Shown piece after piece: positions 23,702 through 33,366 of a DNA stretch of 38,370 bases. Numbering within the stretch: position 1 is the stretch's first letter; the number at the start of each line of letters is the position of its first letter. The position numbers and the translations under genes were made by a program. The DNA lies in NCBI GenBank assembly GCA_023270095.1, contig JAGLSJ010000001.1, positions 1-38,370 of the forward strand, written 5' to 3'. Origin of the DNA: Minisyncoccota bacterium (GTDB lineage Bacteria > Patescibacteriota > Minisyncoccia > JAHIHE01 > JAGLIN01). The notes beneath the pieces were generated by a model that saw nothing but the letters and a program-made list of their open reading frames with translations, searched no databases and was not told the DNA's origin.

Positions 23702-23911
23702 ATGAAAGAAATTGTACAGGTGGAGGGTGTTATTACAGAGACATTGCCTGGAACAAAATTTAAAGTTCAGATCGATGAAGGCCATGAATTGTTGGCCCAT
23801 ATTTCTGGTAAAATGAGAATGAATTATATCAAAATTTTACCAGGGGATCAAGTTATTGTTGAAATGAGTCCCTATGATTTGACTAAAGGTAGAATTGTAA
23901 GAAGAAAGTAA
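23702..23911 (+). CDS. infA: Translation initiation factor IF-1
   Basis: [59 protein letters not shown]. Confidence 0.97.
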   Translation: MKEIVQVEGVITETLPGTKFKVQIDEGHELLAHISGKMRMNYIKILPGDQVIVEMSPYDLTKGRIVRRK

Positions 23912-23985
23912 TAGCTTTGTTGCACAATTAATTTCGTTATAAAATTAATTACGCAACTAGTCTAGTTATCAATAATTATAAAAAA

Positions 23986-24099
23986 ATGAAAGTTAGAGCT
24001 TCAATAAAGAAATTTTGTGATAAATGTAAAATAGTAAGACGCAAGAGAAGACTTTATGTTACTTGCGAAAATCCTAAACACAAACAAAGACAAGGATAA
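23986..24099 (+). CDS. rpmJ: 50S ribosomal protein L36
   Basis: [37 protein letters not shown], translated by hand. It is below the size cut-off of the ORF track. Confidence 0.93.
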   Translation: MKVRASIKKFCDKCKIVRRKRRLYVTCENPKHKQRQG

Positions 24100-24158
24100 A
24101 AACCGTTGTCAATTATTGAATTTAAATTAAACCGTATTTAATCTTAAACTAAATCTAT

Positions 24159-24545
24159 ATGCCAAGAATTTTAGGAGTAAACATTCCAGAAGAAAAAAGA
24201 ATGGAAATCGCCATAACTTATATTAGAGGTATAGGACTTTTTTCAAGTAGAAAAATTTTAAAAAATGCTAATATTGATTTAAGTACAAGAGCAAAAGATA
24301 TAACTTCAGAGGATATAAGTAATATTCAGAAAATTATTGAAAAAGAATATAAAGTAGAAGGAGAACTGAAAAGAATGATTATGATGAATGTTAAGAGACT
24401 AAAAGAGATTGGTTGCTACCGAGGAACAAGACATTCAAAGGGATTGCCTACAAGAGGACAAAGAACTAAAACTAATAATAGAACTGTAAGAGGAAATGTA
24501 AGGAGAACGGCAGGAAGCGGAAAAGTTAAAGTAGAAAAAACATAA
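24159..24545 (+). CDS. rpsM: 30S ribosomal protein S13
   Basis: [10 protein letters not shown]... YIRGIG ... [18 protein letters not shown]. Confidence 0.96.
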   Translation: MPRILGVNIPEEKRMEIAITYIRGIGLFSSRKILKNANIDLSTRAKDITSEDISNIQKIIEKEYKVEGELKRMIMMNVKRLKEIGCYRGTRHSKGLPTRGQRTKTNNRTVRGNVRRTAGSGKVKVEKT

Positions 24546-24596
24546 GCTTAAAATGTTTTGTGATTTCAGGTGTAATAAAAAAAATAAATTATATAT

Positions 24597-25037
24597 ATGG
24601 GAAAAAGAAGAGTAATAACAATCGGAAGTAAAGACAAGAGTGGCTCAAAGTCATTGAGTAAGAGTAAGGTTTCGAAGACCAAAAGAAGAAGTATGGTTAA
24701 GGGGCAGGTTCACATTAAATCAACATATAATAACACTGTTGTAACTCTTACAGATTTAAATGGTGGTGTTATTGCTTGGTCAACTGCTGGACTTTTAGGA
24801 TTTAAGGGAGCAAAAAAGGCGACTCCTTATGCTGCTACAAATATTGTAAATTCATTATTAGAAAAAACAAAGAAGGTTGGTTTAAGAGAAGTAGATGTTT
24901 TTGTTAAGGGTATTGGAAGCGGCAGGGAATCAGCAGTAAGAGCAATTGCAGCGAATGGTCTAGTTATTTCTTCTATTACTGATATGACTCCAATTCCACA
25001 TAATGGTTGTAGACCTCCAAAACCCAGAAGAATGTAA
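24597..25037 (+). CDS. rpsK: 30S ribosomal protein S11
   Basis: HIKSTYNNTVVTLTD ... GFKGAKK.TPYAA ... V.VKG.G.GRESA.RA. Confidence 0.96.
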   Translation: MGKRRVITIGSKDKSGSKSLSKSKVSKTKRRSMVKGQVHIKSTYNNTVVTLTDLNGGVIAWSTAGLLGFKGAKKATPYAATNIVNSLLEKTKKVGLREVDVFVKGIGSGRESAVRAIAANGLVISSITDMTPIPHNGCRPPKPRRM

Positions 25038-25073
25038 TCAATTTTGATTTTTATAAGTTTAAATTAAATAATC

Positions 25074-25700
25074 ATGGCTAGAGATATAGGTCCAAAATGT
25101 AAAAAATGTAGAAGAGAAGGAACAAAGCTTTTTTTGAAAGGTGATCGTTGTTCTGGTATTAAATGTGCTATGATAAAAAGACCTTATGCTCCAGGGCAGC
25201 ATGGACAAGCGCGAAAAATGGGTTTGTCAGAGTATGGAACACAGCTTCGTGAGAAACAGAAAATTAGAAGAACGTATGGTATAATGGAGGGGCAATTTAA
25301 GAAATATTATGACATTGCCAGTCGTATGAGTGGAAATACGGGTAATTTATTAGCGAGTCTTCTTGAAAAAAGAATGGATAATGTTGTATATCGACTTGGA
25401 ATGGCAAGTTCAAGAAGTCAAGCTAGGCAACTTGTTAATCATGGTCATTTTTTATTAAACGGTAAAAAAATGGATATTCCTTCTTGTCTTGTTAGTGAAG
25501 GAGATGTAATCTCTATAAAGAGCGATAAAAGTAATTATTTCCAAGATTTAAAAAATTTGATAAAAAATCATCAAACTCCTTCTTGGTTGTCTTTAGATGT
25601 GAAAAAAGTTGAAGGCAAGGTTATTTCTGAACCAGTATTAAAAGAAATCGATACTAATATAGATGTTCATTTGATTATTGAGTATTATTCAAAATCTTAA
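25074..25700 (+). CDS. rpsD: 30S ribosomal protein S4
   Basis: GPKCKKCRREG.KLFLKGDRC ... YG.QLREKQK.RR.YG ... S4 domain RQLVNHGH. Confidence 0.96.
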   Translation: MARDIGPKCKKCRREGTKLFLKGDRCSGIKCAMIKRPYAPGQHGQARKMGLSEYGTQLREKQKIRRTYGIMEGQFKKYYDIASRMSGNTGNLLASLLEKRMDNVVYRLGMASSRSQARQLVNHGHFLLNGKKMDIPSCLVSEGDVISIKSDKSNYFQDLKNLIKNHQTPSWLSLDVKKVEGKVISEPVLKEIDTNIDVHLIIEYYSKS

Positions 25701-25743
25701 TAAATAGATAAAAAGTCTTATTAATAACAAAATAAACAAAAAT

Positions 25744-26760
25744 ATGCAAAAAATAACATTACCTGAAAAACCAATTATAATAAAACAAGAAGAAAATTTT
25801 GCAGTTTTTGAAATTAAGTCTTGTTATCCTGGTTATGGAGCGACCATTGGAAATGCTTTGCGTAGAGTGCTTCTTTCTAGTTTAGTTGGTTCTGCAATAA
25901 CTTCTGTTAAGATAGCTGGTGTAAATCATGAATTTTCTACTATTCCTGGCGTAATGGAAGATATTGTTGAAATTATTCTTAATCTAAAAAAGATTAAATT
26001 CAAGATGCATACTGACGAATCTATGAAATTATCAATAAAGGTTAATAAAGAAGGCAAAGTCACATCAGGTGATATAAAAGTGAATAGTGATATAGAGGTG
26101 GCTGATAAAAATATTCATGTCGCCACGATAACTGATAAAAATGGAGTTTTAGATATGGAAATTATAGTTGAAAAGGGTATAGGTTATAAGTCTATAGAGC
26201 AACAGAATAAAGAAAAACTTGAAATAGGAAATATTGCAATGGATACTATTTTTACTCCTGTGAAAAAAGTTAATTATCGAGTTGAAAATATGCGTGTTGG
26301 AAAGATGACTAATTTTGATAAATTAATTTTTGAAATTCAAACTGATGGAAGCATTACACCAGAAGAAGCTTTCAGAGAATCGACTAGACTTCTTATGGAG
26401 CATTTCAATTTGTTCAGAGAAACAATCAGTTATGAAAAAGAAGATGATAAGGAAGAAATCATTAAGGAGGAAATGTTGCTAGAGAAAGTTGAACAAAAAA
26501 AGAAAAAAGTTGAAGAAGAGAAACAACAAAAAGAAGAACAACAAAAAGAAGAAGAGCAAGATGTTCTCAAAACTTCTATTAACGATATCAATTTATCACC
26601 AAGAATTGCAAAAATTTTGTCAGAAAACAAGATTAAAACAATTAGTAAGATTATTAAGAAGACAGAGGATGACCTGCAGGAATTATCAGGTATGGGAGAT
26701 AAAGGTATTAAGGAGATTAAAAAATCATTAGGTAAATTTGGATTGACATTGAAGAAATAA
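25744..26760 (+). CDS. rpoA: DNA-directed RNA polymerase alpha subunit with an expanded K/E-rich interdomain linker
   Basis: NTD strings GYG.T.GNALRRVLLSS; CTD HhH (LSPRIAKILSENKIKTI ... L....G.G.K...EI). Position after rpsD. Confidence 0.93.
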   Translation: MQKITLPEKPIIIKQEENFAVFEIKSCYPGYGATIGNALRRVLLSSLVGSAITSVKIAGVNHEFSTIPGVMEDIVEIILNLKKIKFKMHTDESMKLSIKVNKEGKVTSGDIKVNSDIEVADKNIHVATITDKNGVLDMEIIVEKGIGYKSIEQQNKEKLEIGNIAMDTIFTPVKKVNYRVENMRVGKMTNFDKLIFEIQTDGSITPEEAFRESTRLLMEHFNLFRETISYEKEDDKEEIIKEEMLLEKVEQKKKKVEEEKQQKEEQQKEEEQDVLKTSINDINLSPRIAKILSENKIKTISKIIKKTEDDLQELSGMGDKGIKEIKKSLGKFGLTLKK

Positions 26761-26781
26761 TATAAATTTTAGTATATAGTT

Positions 26782-27129
26782 ATGAAACATAAAGCAAAGG
26801 GAAGAAAATTTAAGAGAAGTAGCTCGCAGAGAAAGGCTTTGTTAAAGCATTTGTCAGAAGCTATTATATTGAATGAAAAAATTATTACAACAAGTGCTAA
26901 GGCAAAAGAACTTTCTTCTTTTGTTGAAAAATTAATTACAACCGCAAAGAAGAAGAATCTTTTGGCTGCAAAATCAATTCACAGTCTTTTGGGAGATGAA
27001 GCTTCAAAAAAGCTAATAAATGAAGTTGCAGATAAATATAAAGACAGAAATGGCGGATATACGAGAATTATAAAAATTGGAGAAAGAAAAGGAGATGTCG
27101 CGCAGATGTCTGTTATCGAATTTGTATAA
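26782..27129 (+). CDS. rplQ: 50S ribosomal protein L17
   Basis: MKHKAKGRKFKRSSSQRKALLKHL ... GGYTRI.K. Confidence 0.93.
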   Translation: MKHKAKGRKFKRSSSQRKALLKHLSEAIILNEKIITTSAKAKELSSFVEKLITTAKKKNLLAAKSIHSLLGDEASKKLINEVADKYKDRNGGYTRIIKIGERKGDVAQMSVIEFV

Positions 27130-27156
27130 TATAAAATAATAATTATAAATAATTTT

Positions 27157-27576
27157 ATGTCTAAACCAAAAATCAGTACAACAGAATTAGCTCTAAGAAA
27201 ATGGCACATTTTTGATGCATCTGAAGAAAGTTTTGGAAGAATGTCTACAAAGATTGCAACTTTGCTAAGGGGTAAGAATAAGGTTGATTATCTTCCTCAT
27301 ATTGACAATGGAGATCATGTTGTTGTTATTAATACTGACAAGGTAAAATATACTGGAAATAAAGGTCTGGGGAAAATTTATTATTCTCATAGTTGGTATA
27401 TAGGAGGATTAAAAGAAATTACTTTGGGTAACTTAATTAAAAAAGATTCAACTCTGGTTATAAAAAAGGCAGTTTATGGAATGCTTCCGAAAAATAAGCT
27501 TAGAGATCAAATGATAAAAAGATTAAACATATACACGGACGATAATCATCCCTATAAAGGAAAATTTGGTAAATAA
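27157..27576 (+). CDS. rplM: 50S ribosomal protein L13
   Basis: KWHIFDASEESFGRMSTKIATLLRGKNK ... GD.VVVIN. Confidence 0.95.
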   Translation: MSKPKISTTELALRKWHIFDASEESFGRMSTKIATLLRGKNKVDYLPHIDNGDHVVVINTDKVKYTGNKGLGKIYYSHSWYIGGLKEITLGNLIKKDSTLVIKKAVYGMLPKNKLRDQMIKRLNIYTDDNHPYKGKFGK

Positions 27577-27589
27577 TTTAATATAAGCT

Positions 27590-28006
27590 ATGAGTGAAGA
27601 AAAAAAAGAAGAAAAATATTTTTATGCAACGGGCAGAAGAAAAACTTCTGTTGCTAAAGTTCGAGTTTATGCTGATACTAAGAAAAGCGGAATATCAGTA
27701 AATGAGGCGGATTATAAAGTATATTTTGAAAAGAATGACATTCTTACTGAAAAAGTTTATGCTCCAATCAAGCTTTTGAGTCTTGAGGATAAATATCGAA
27801 TTACAGTAAAAGTTCACGGTGGTGGTTCAAATGGGCAAGCTGAGGCTATTCGGCTTGGAATTGCCAGAGCCTTTTTGGTTTTAAATGAAGAATATAAAAA
27901 AGAGCTCAGGGATTCAGGGTATCTTACTCGAGATCCTCGAAAAGTTGAAAGAAAAAAGCCAGGACTAAAAAAAGCCAGAAGAGCTCCTCAGTGGAAAAAG
28001 AGATAA
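27590..28006 (+). CDS. rpsI: 30S ribosomal protein S9
   Basis: ATGRRKTSVA.V ... GGG..GQAEAIRLGIARA ... TRD.R.VERKK.G..KARRAPQ..KR. Confidence 0.96.
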   Translation: MSEEKKEEKYFYATGRRKTSVAKVRVYADTKKSGISVNEADYKVYFEKNDILTEKVYAPIKLLSLEDKYRITVKVHGGGSNGQAEAIRLGIARAFLVLNEEYKKELRDSGYLTRDPRKVERKKPGLKKARRAPQWKKR

Positions 28007-28020
28007 CAATACAAACATAC

Positions 28021-28054
28021 AAAAAAACCACTTCCTTAAAAGAATGGTTTTTTT
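28021..28054. terminator. Bidirectional hairpin terminator between convergent genes
   Basis: AAAAAAACCA ... TGGTTTTTTT, a perfect 10-bp arm pair. Confidence 0.5.
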
Positions 28055-28092
28055 GTTTGTATTATTATCACTTACTAAGAATGATATCTTAT

Positions 28093-28248
28093 CGTCGTTC
28101 TGAGCGAAGATAAGAAGTGAAGAATCTCTAGTTTATTGCGTTTTGTAATTTAACAGAAATTAAATCTTCTTGTGGGATCCTTTATTTCGCTATTGTTCCA
28201 TTCAAGATGACGGTAAATGGGATTCTTCGTCATAAATTAAGAGTGACA
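28093..28248 (+). repeat. Dispersed imperfect-hairpin repeat, copy D (composite, with an extra right-arm-like segment at 28219-28248)
   Basis: CGTCGTTCTGAGCGAAGATAAGAAGTGAAGAATCTC ... TGGGATCCTTTATTTCGCTATTGTTCCATTCAAGATGACGG ... GGGATTCTTCGTCATAAATTAAGAGTGACA. Confidence 0.65.
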
Positions 28249-28268
28249 GCTGTTTTAAATTTAAAAAA

Positions 28269-29687
28269 CTATCCTTCGTTCAAATCAATTTGCAATAATT
28301 TTTTATCCTCAATATAAAACAGAGAATCTGAATTTTTTGCATAAAATATATTATCATTATCAATCTTCATTAATTCAAATACATTTCTTCTATCTGTATT
28401 GTTAAGTTCGAGAAATTTAATTGCGTTTCCTTCTTTATAAAATAAATGTTCGTTGTCTTTATATAAGTATACACTATTTATTGTTCCGCTAAACCTGGTA
28501 ATGAGATTATTCGAGAATGCTTTTTCTGGTGTTTGTGAAGTATTTTGTTCAATGTAGTAAATCCATATTTCGTGCTTATTATTGTAAATTATTTTATTAT
28601 TGTTTGAAAAATTTGATTTTTCTACAAAGGAGTTAATAAAAATAACTTCATTATTTTTATTAATAAAATATAAATTTCCAGAAGATGATAATATCGTAAA
28701 TGTCTTTTCTTCGGTTTTTGTAATTTTAGCATCAAGCAAATTATTAAAATCGTCTGGCATTGTAGCGATAATTTTAATCTTTGAAAAGTCATTTATATTA
28801 GCATAATATAGCTTGTTATCATTCTTTGAGAAATAATAAATATTATTATCTTGAATCAAAAAACTGAAAACATTGTTTAATATTTTTTCAGATGATAGCG
28901 TTTTGTAGTCAAGCCTATATAAATTATTTTCTTTTGTATAATATAAGAACTCATCAAAATTTATATTTGATTTATTTCTTAATTCTTTGTTGTTAAAAGC
29001 ATTATTCAAATTGCTTAGTTTATTTTTATTTTCTAAATCAACGAGATACCAATTTGAATTTTCTGCAATGCTTATTTTTATAATTAATTTTGTATCATTA
29101 TCAGACCAGATAACATTTTCAATATCAAAGTCTTTTTGCGTATCGTTTTTTGTAATATTTTTAAATGCACTAATTGTAATTTCGTTATTATTTTTTATGT
29201 CAAATATATTTAGGTCTTTTCCTTTTTTGTATAGTATTTTATCTTTTTGATCGTTTTCCCAAAAAGACTTTAAATTTAAATTTGTTTCGATTTCGTCTGA
29301 AATAATTTTTTTATCGTAGTTTTTTTTCAACAGAACAATATTTACAAAACTTGTTGCTAGACCTTCTTTTACTATAATATTTTTTTCCCAGTCATAATAA
29401 CCATCTTTTTTTATTTTAACATTGTATTCACCTTTATTTAAATTTTCAATTTTTATGATATTGGTTAAAAAGCTTGTGATAGATTTGTTGTTTTTTAATA
29501 TTTGTCCATCGTTGTATATAGTGACATCTTTTGGTGTGGCTTTTAGTATAATAATTCCTGTTTGTATTGTTGTTCCGTTTTTTATATTATATTTATATCC
29601 AAAACTATAATATAATACAAAAGCAAGTAAAAATAAGAACATTACAGTGCAGAAATAGAAGTAAATTTTGAATTTTTTGTCTTGCAT
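28269..29687 (-). CDS. Membrane-anchored hypothetical protein with an N-terminal PEGA-like beta-sandwich and an N/K/I-rich repeat-like C-terminal region
   Basis: N-terminal TM helix, then ATPKDVTIYNDGQ ... GEYNVKIKKDGYYDWEKNIIVKEG (PEGA-type pattern). The rest is unassigned. Confidence 0.65.
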   Translation of the reverse strand: MQDKKFKIYFYFCTVMFLFLLAFVLYYSFGYKYNIKNGTTIQTGIIILKATPKDVTIYNDGQILKNNKSITSFLTNIIKIENLNKGEYNVKIKKDGYYDWEKNIIVKEGLATSFVNIVLLKKNYDKKIISDEIETNLNLKSFWENDQKDKILYKKGKDLNIFDIKNNNEITISAFKNITKNDTQKDFDIENVIWSDNDTKLIIKISIAENSNWYLVDLENKNKLSNLNNAFNNKELRNKSNINFDEFLYYTKENNLYRLDYKTLSSEKILNNVFSFLIQDNNIYYFSKNDNKLYYANINDFSKIKIIATMPDDFNNLLDAKITKTEEKTFTILSSSGNLYFINKNNEVIFINSFVEKSNFSNNNKIIYNNKHEIWIYYIEQNTSQTPEKAFSNNLITRFSGTINSVYLYKDNEHLFYKEGNAIKFLELNNTDRRNVFELMKIDNDNIFYAKNSDSLFYIEDKKLLQIDLNEG

Positions 29688-29833
29688 AATTAAGTGGTTT
29701 GTTGATAATTGACTTTAAATTGGTTTTTACATATACTTTTACTTGTGTTTATTAAATTTTAACAGATGTATTATAAATTGACAATTAAAACAGATAATAT
29801 AAGATTAAGATAAGTTATAATAAAAAGAAATTT

Positions 29834-30841
29834 ATGTTTATAAAAAAAATTGGAATTGATTTAGGAACTGCAAATATATTAGTTTTTATGCCTCAAAAAG
29901 GTGTTGTTGCAAATGAACCATCTGTTGTTGCTGTTTCTCTTGATGATAATAAGATTTTAGCGGTTGGAAATGAAGCAAAGGAAATGTTAGGAAAAACTCC
30001 TGAAAATATTTTTGCAAGCCGTCCAGTAAAAGATGGTGTTATCGCCGATTATAGAATTACAGAAGCAATGATAAAATATTTTATCAATAAGGTTAGTGGT
30101 AAAATTAGATTTTTTAAACCAGAAATTATAATTTCTGTTCCTGCTGGGATTACATCGACAGAAAGAAGAGCTGTAATAGATGCGGCTTTGCAAGCTGGGG
30201 CAAAGGCAGCTTATGTTGTAAAAGAACCGATTCTTGCTGCTATAGGTGCGGGAATACCCATCAATACTCCATTTGGTAATATGATAATTGACATAGGAGG
30301 TGGAACATCAGAAGTTGCGGTTATATCTTTAGGAGGCATTGTTGCTTTTTCTTCTGTGAGAGTTGGAGGAGATAAACTGGACAAAGCAATTTATGAATAT
30401 ATAAAAAAGAAACATGGAGTGGCGATTGGAGAAAGAAATGCCGAAGACATAAAAATTAAAATAGGGAGTGCAATTAAAGAAGAGGATGAGGTTTCTATGG
30501 ATGTTAGAGGAAGAGATTTGGTTACAGGACTGCCAAAAACTATTAAAATAAATTCAAATGAAATTACAGAAGCTTTGCAAGATGAATTAGGAGAGATTAT
30601 TAGGGCTGTTAAAAATGTTCTTCAAGATACTCCACCAGAGCTTTCTTCCGATGTAATTGACAGAGGAATGGTTCTCAGTGGAGGCGGGGCATTGCTCAGA
30701 AATCTTGATATTTTGTTGTCTCAATCAACTGGAGTTCCTTGTTATGTCGCTGATGATCCTCTTTTGTGTGTTGTCAAAGGAACAGGGAAAATTTTAGATG
30801 ATCTTGATACATATCGAAGAAGTATTATTTCTAAAAAATAA
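29834..30841 (+). CDS. mreB: Rod-shape-determining actin homologue MreB
   Basis: IGIDLGTANILVF ... NEPSVVA ... DIGGGTSEVAVISLGGIV ... GMVLSGGGALLRNLD. Confidence 0.95.
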   Translation: MFIKKIGIDLGTANILVFMPQKGVVANEPSVVAVSLDDNKILAVGNEAKEMLGKTPENIFASRPVKDGVIADYRITEAMIKYFINKVSGKIRFFKPEIIISVPAGITSTERRAVIDAALQAGAKAAYVVKEPILAAIGAGIPINTPFGNMIIDIGGGTSEVAVISLGGIVAFSSVRVGGDKLDKAIYEYIKKKHGVAIGERNAEDIKIKIGSAIKEEDEVSMDVRGRDLVTGLPKTIKINSNEITEALQDELGEIIRAVKNVLQDTPPELSSDVIDRGMVLSGGGALLRNLDILLSQSTGVPCYVADDPLLCVVKGTGKILDDLDTYRRSIISKK

Positions 30842-30855
30842 ACTTATAATAAAAG

Positions 30856-31944
30856 ATGAAAATAGACATTGATGCTTCTAGGGCTTTTATTAAAGAAAGA
30901 ACTGGTACAGAAGAATATTCTTATAAGTTGATTAAAAATCTGACGATACTAGATACTTCTGGTCATCAGATTTTTTTGTATGTTAAAAATCGCGAAGAAA
31001 TTAATTTTAAATTGCCTGAGAATTATTTTATTAAAGAAATAAAAAGAAATAAGCTATGGACGCAACTTGGATTGTCTAAAGAAATGAGGAAAAATTCAGT
31101 TGATGTATTATTTATTCCCGCACATTCTATTCCATTTGTACATCCAAAAAATACCATCGTTACTATTCACGGCTTAGAATTTAAATATTTTCCAGAGAAC
31201 TATTCTTGGAAAGAAAGAATGATGTTGGAATTTAATACTTTGTTGGCTGTGAAATGGTCAAAGAAAATTATCGTTCCTTCTGAAAGTACAAAGCGAGATT
31301 TGATGAAATTTTATAAAGTTAGTTCAGAAAGAATAAAAGTGATTTATCACGGAGTATCCAGTATCCAGTATCCAGTATCCAGTATTAAGAATCGAGATAA
31401 AGACGGTTCTAATATTTTGTTTATTGGAAGATTAGAAAGAAGAAAAAATATTGTAAATCTAATTAATGCATTTAATTTATTTAAAGATAAGAATATTAAT
31501 AATAAGAATTGTAAATTGATTTTAGTAGGTAAGAAAGGATTTGGTTTTGAGGAAATTCAATTAGTAATTAATCAATCTTCTTATAAAAAAGATATAATAG
31601 TTAAGGGATATGTTTCTGAGGCGGAAAAAACTGAATTATATCAAAACGCAAGTTTATTTGTTTTAATCTCTTTTTACGAAGGATTTGGATTACCGATTCT
31701 TGAGGCTATGAGTCACGGTGTGCCAGTTATATGCTCCAATGTGTCATCACTGCCTGAAATTACTGGAGAGGCGGGATTAATGGTTAATCCAAACGATGTT
31801 AAGGAGGTTGCAGAAGGGTTTGAGAAAATAATTTGCAATCAAGATGTGAAAAATGATATGATTAAAAAAGGTTATGAAAATACTCGGAAATTTAGTTGGG
31901 AAAAATGCGCAAAAAAGACGATGGATGTGTTGTTGAATTATTGA
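30856..31944 (+). CDS. GT4-family (GT-B fold) glycosyltransferase
   Basis: ILFIGRLERRKN ... EGFGLPILEAMSHGVPVICSN.SSLPE (EX7E region). Confidence 0.85.
   Translation: MKIDIDASRAFIKERTGTEEYSYKLIKNLTILDTSGHQIFLYVKNREEINFKLPENYFIKEIKRNKLWTQLGLSKEMRKNSVDVLFIPAHSIPFVHPKNTIVTIHGLEFKYFPENYSWKERMMLEFNTLLAVKWSKKIIVPSESTKRDLMKFYKVSSERIKVIYHGVSSIQYPVSSIKNRDKDGSNILFIGRLERRKNIVNLINAFNLFKDKNINNKNCKLILVGKKGFGFEEIQLVINQSSYKKDIIVKGYVSEAEKTELYQNASLFVLISFYEGFGLPILEAMSHGVPVICSNVSSLPEITGEAGLMVNPNDVKEVAEGFEKIICNQDVKNDMIKKGYENTRKFSWEKCAKKTMDVLLNY
31354..31386 (+). repeat. Heptanucleotide tandem repeat (GTATCCA)x4 plus a partial GTATT, inside the glycosyltransferase CDS
   Basis: Read directly from the sequence. 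It encodes VSSIQYPVSSI in the interdomain linker. Confidence 0.95.
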
Positions 31945-31979
31945 ATTATTTCTTTTGAATTTTATTATAAGTCTAAAAA

Positions 31980-33176
31980 ATGTCAACTCATAAAAACCAA
32001 AAACAAAAAATTGCAATTGTTCATGATTTCCTCACATATTTCGGAGGGGCGGAGCAGGTTTTAAAATCTTTACATAGTTTATATCCTGAAGCGCCGATTT
32101 ATACTTTGCTTTATGATAAGAAAAAGATGAAGCGATATTTTCCTAAAGCAAAAATTAGAACATCTTTTTTAAATAAGCTTCCCAAATTTTTAAGACGACG
32201 AAAAAAATATTTATTACCTTTGATGCCGACGGCTGTGGAAACTTTTGATCTAAGAGCTTTTGACATTGTTATTTCGAGTTCGAGTTCTTTTGCGAAGGGG
32301 ATAATTACTAAGCCAAAAACAGCTCATATTTGTTATTGTCATACTCCAACTCGGTTTCTTTGGGATTGGCATCTGAATTATCTTAAGGAAAATAAAATCC
32401 AGGGAATCAAGAAAGTTTTGATTTTGCCCATTTTACATTATATGAGAATGTGGGATAAAGCTGCGTCTGAAAGAGTTGATTATTTTATAGCTAATTCAAA
32501 AAATACAGCTAAAAGAATTGAAAAGTTTTATGGAATGAAAAATGAAGTCATTTACCCACCGTGCGATACTGTGAAAGGGTTACATTTTGATGATAATTTC
32601 ATGGAAACTAAATTGCAAGATTTTGCGCATGCGATTCCACAGCCCTTTGAAACTATGGAACCATTAAAGGAATATTTTTTAATAGTTTCGAGATTAAGTC
32701 CATATAAGAAAATTGATATTGCAGTTGAGGCATTTAATAAACTGGATTTGCCATTAATTATTATTGGAGAAGGAGAAGACCGCAAGAGATTGGAAAATAT
32801 GGCAGAGAAAAATATAAAATTTTTAGGATTTCAAAGTGCAGAAAAATTAGTAGAATATTATCAAAATTGCCAGGCATTCATTTTTCCTGGTGAAGATGAT
32901 TTTGGCATTACAGCCATTGAGGCAATGTCTTTTGGAAAGCCAGTTTTAGCATTTAGAAAAGGAGGATTGAAAGAAACAGTAATTGAAGGGGAAACTGGGG
33001 AGTTTTTTGATGATGCGATTCCAGAGATTCTAGCTGACGGAGTACGAAGATTGAAAAATAATTATAAAAAGTATGACAGTGTGAAGATTAAAAATCAGGC
33101 AAACAAATTTTCAAGGAAGAACTTTGAAAATAGTATGAAGAAATTTATTGAGAAAGTTGGATGTCATCCTAGGTGA
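31980..33176 (+). CDS. GT4-family (GT-B fold) glycosyltransferase
   Basis: KIAIVHDFL..FGGAEQV ... EDDFGITAIEAMSFGKPVLAF..GGL.ETV.EG.TG. Confidence 0.85.
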   Translation: MSTHKNQKQKIAIVHDFLTYFGGAEQVLKSLHSLYPEAPIYTLLYDKKKMKRYFPKAKIRTSFLNKLPKFLRRRKKYLLPLMPTAVETFDLRAFDIVISSSSSFAKGIITKPKTAHICYCHTPTRFLWDWHLNYLKENKIQGIKKVLILPILHYMRMWDKAASERVDYFIANSKNTAKRIEKFYGMKNEVIYPPCDTVKGLHFDDNFMETKLQDFAHAIPQPFETMEPLKEYFLIVSRLSPYKKIDIAVEAFNKLDLPLIIIGEGEDRKRLENMAEKNIKFLGFQSAEKLVEYYQNCQAFIFPGEDDFGITAIEAMSFGKPVLAFRKGGLKETVIEGETGEFFDDAIPEILADGVRRLKNNYKKYDSVKIKNQANKFSRKNFENSMKKFIEKVGCHPR

Positions 33177-33366
33177 TTATAAAAAATGAATAATTCTACG
33201 AGAAGTTTTATAAAATATTAAATAGCAAGGATAGTTATTTAAATCTTTAATAGAGAAAGCTCTTACAAACTAGTAAATTTTTATTCTAGAGTTTATTTTT
33301 TCTTTCAGGTTCTAGACTTTCAATGACAAAAACGTCGTTTTTAGAAGTTCCTAAATCGTTGAAACT

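Noticed and set aside
23014-32785. Remaining antisense track ORFs (23014-23454, 26979-27209, 28600-28806, 28987-29250, 29422-29610, 29987-30193, 31777-32016, 32552-32785; also 6768-7016, 12200-12412, 16118-16342, 35803-36039, 38037-38234)
   Set aside because: Each is embedded antisense in a confidently identified gene. The products are Phe/Ile/Ser/Lys-rich and low-complexity, as expected from AT-rich shadow frames.
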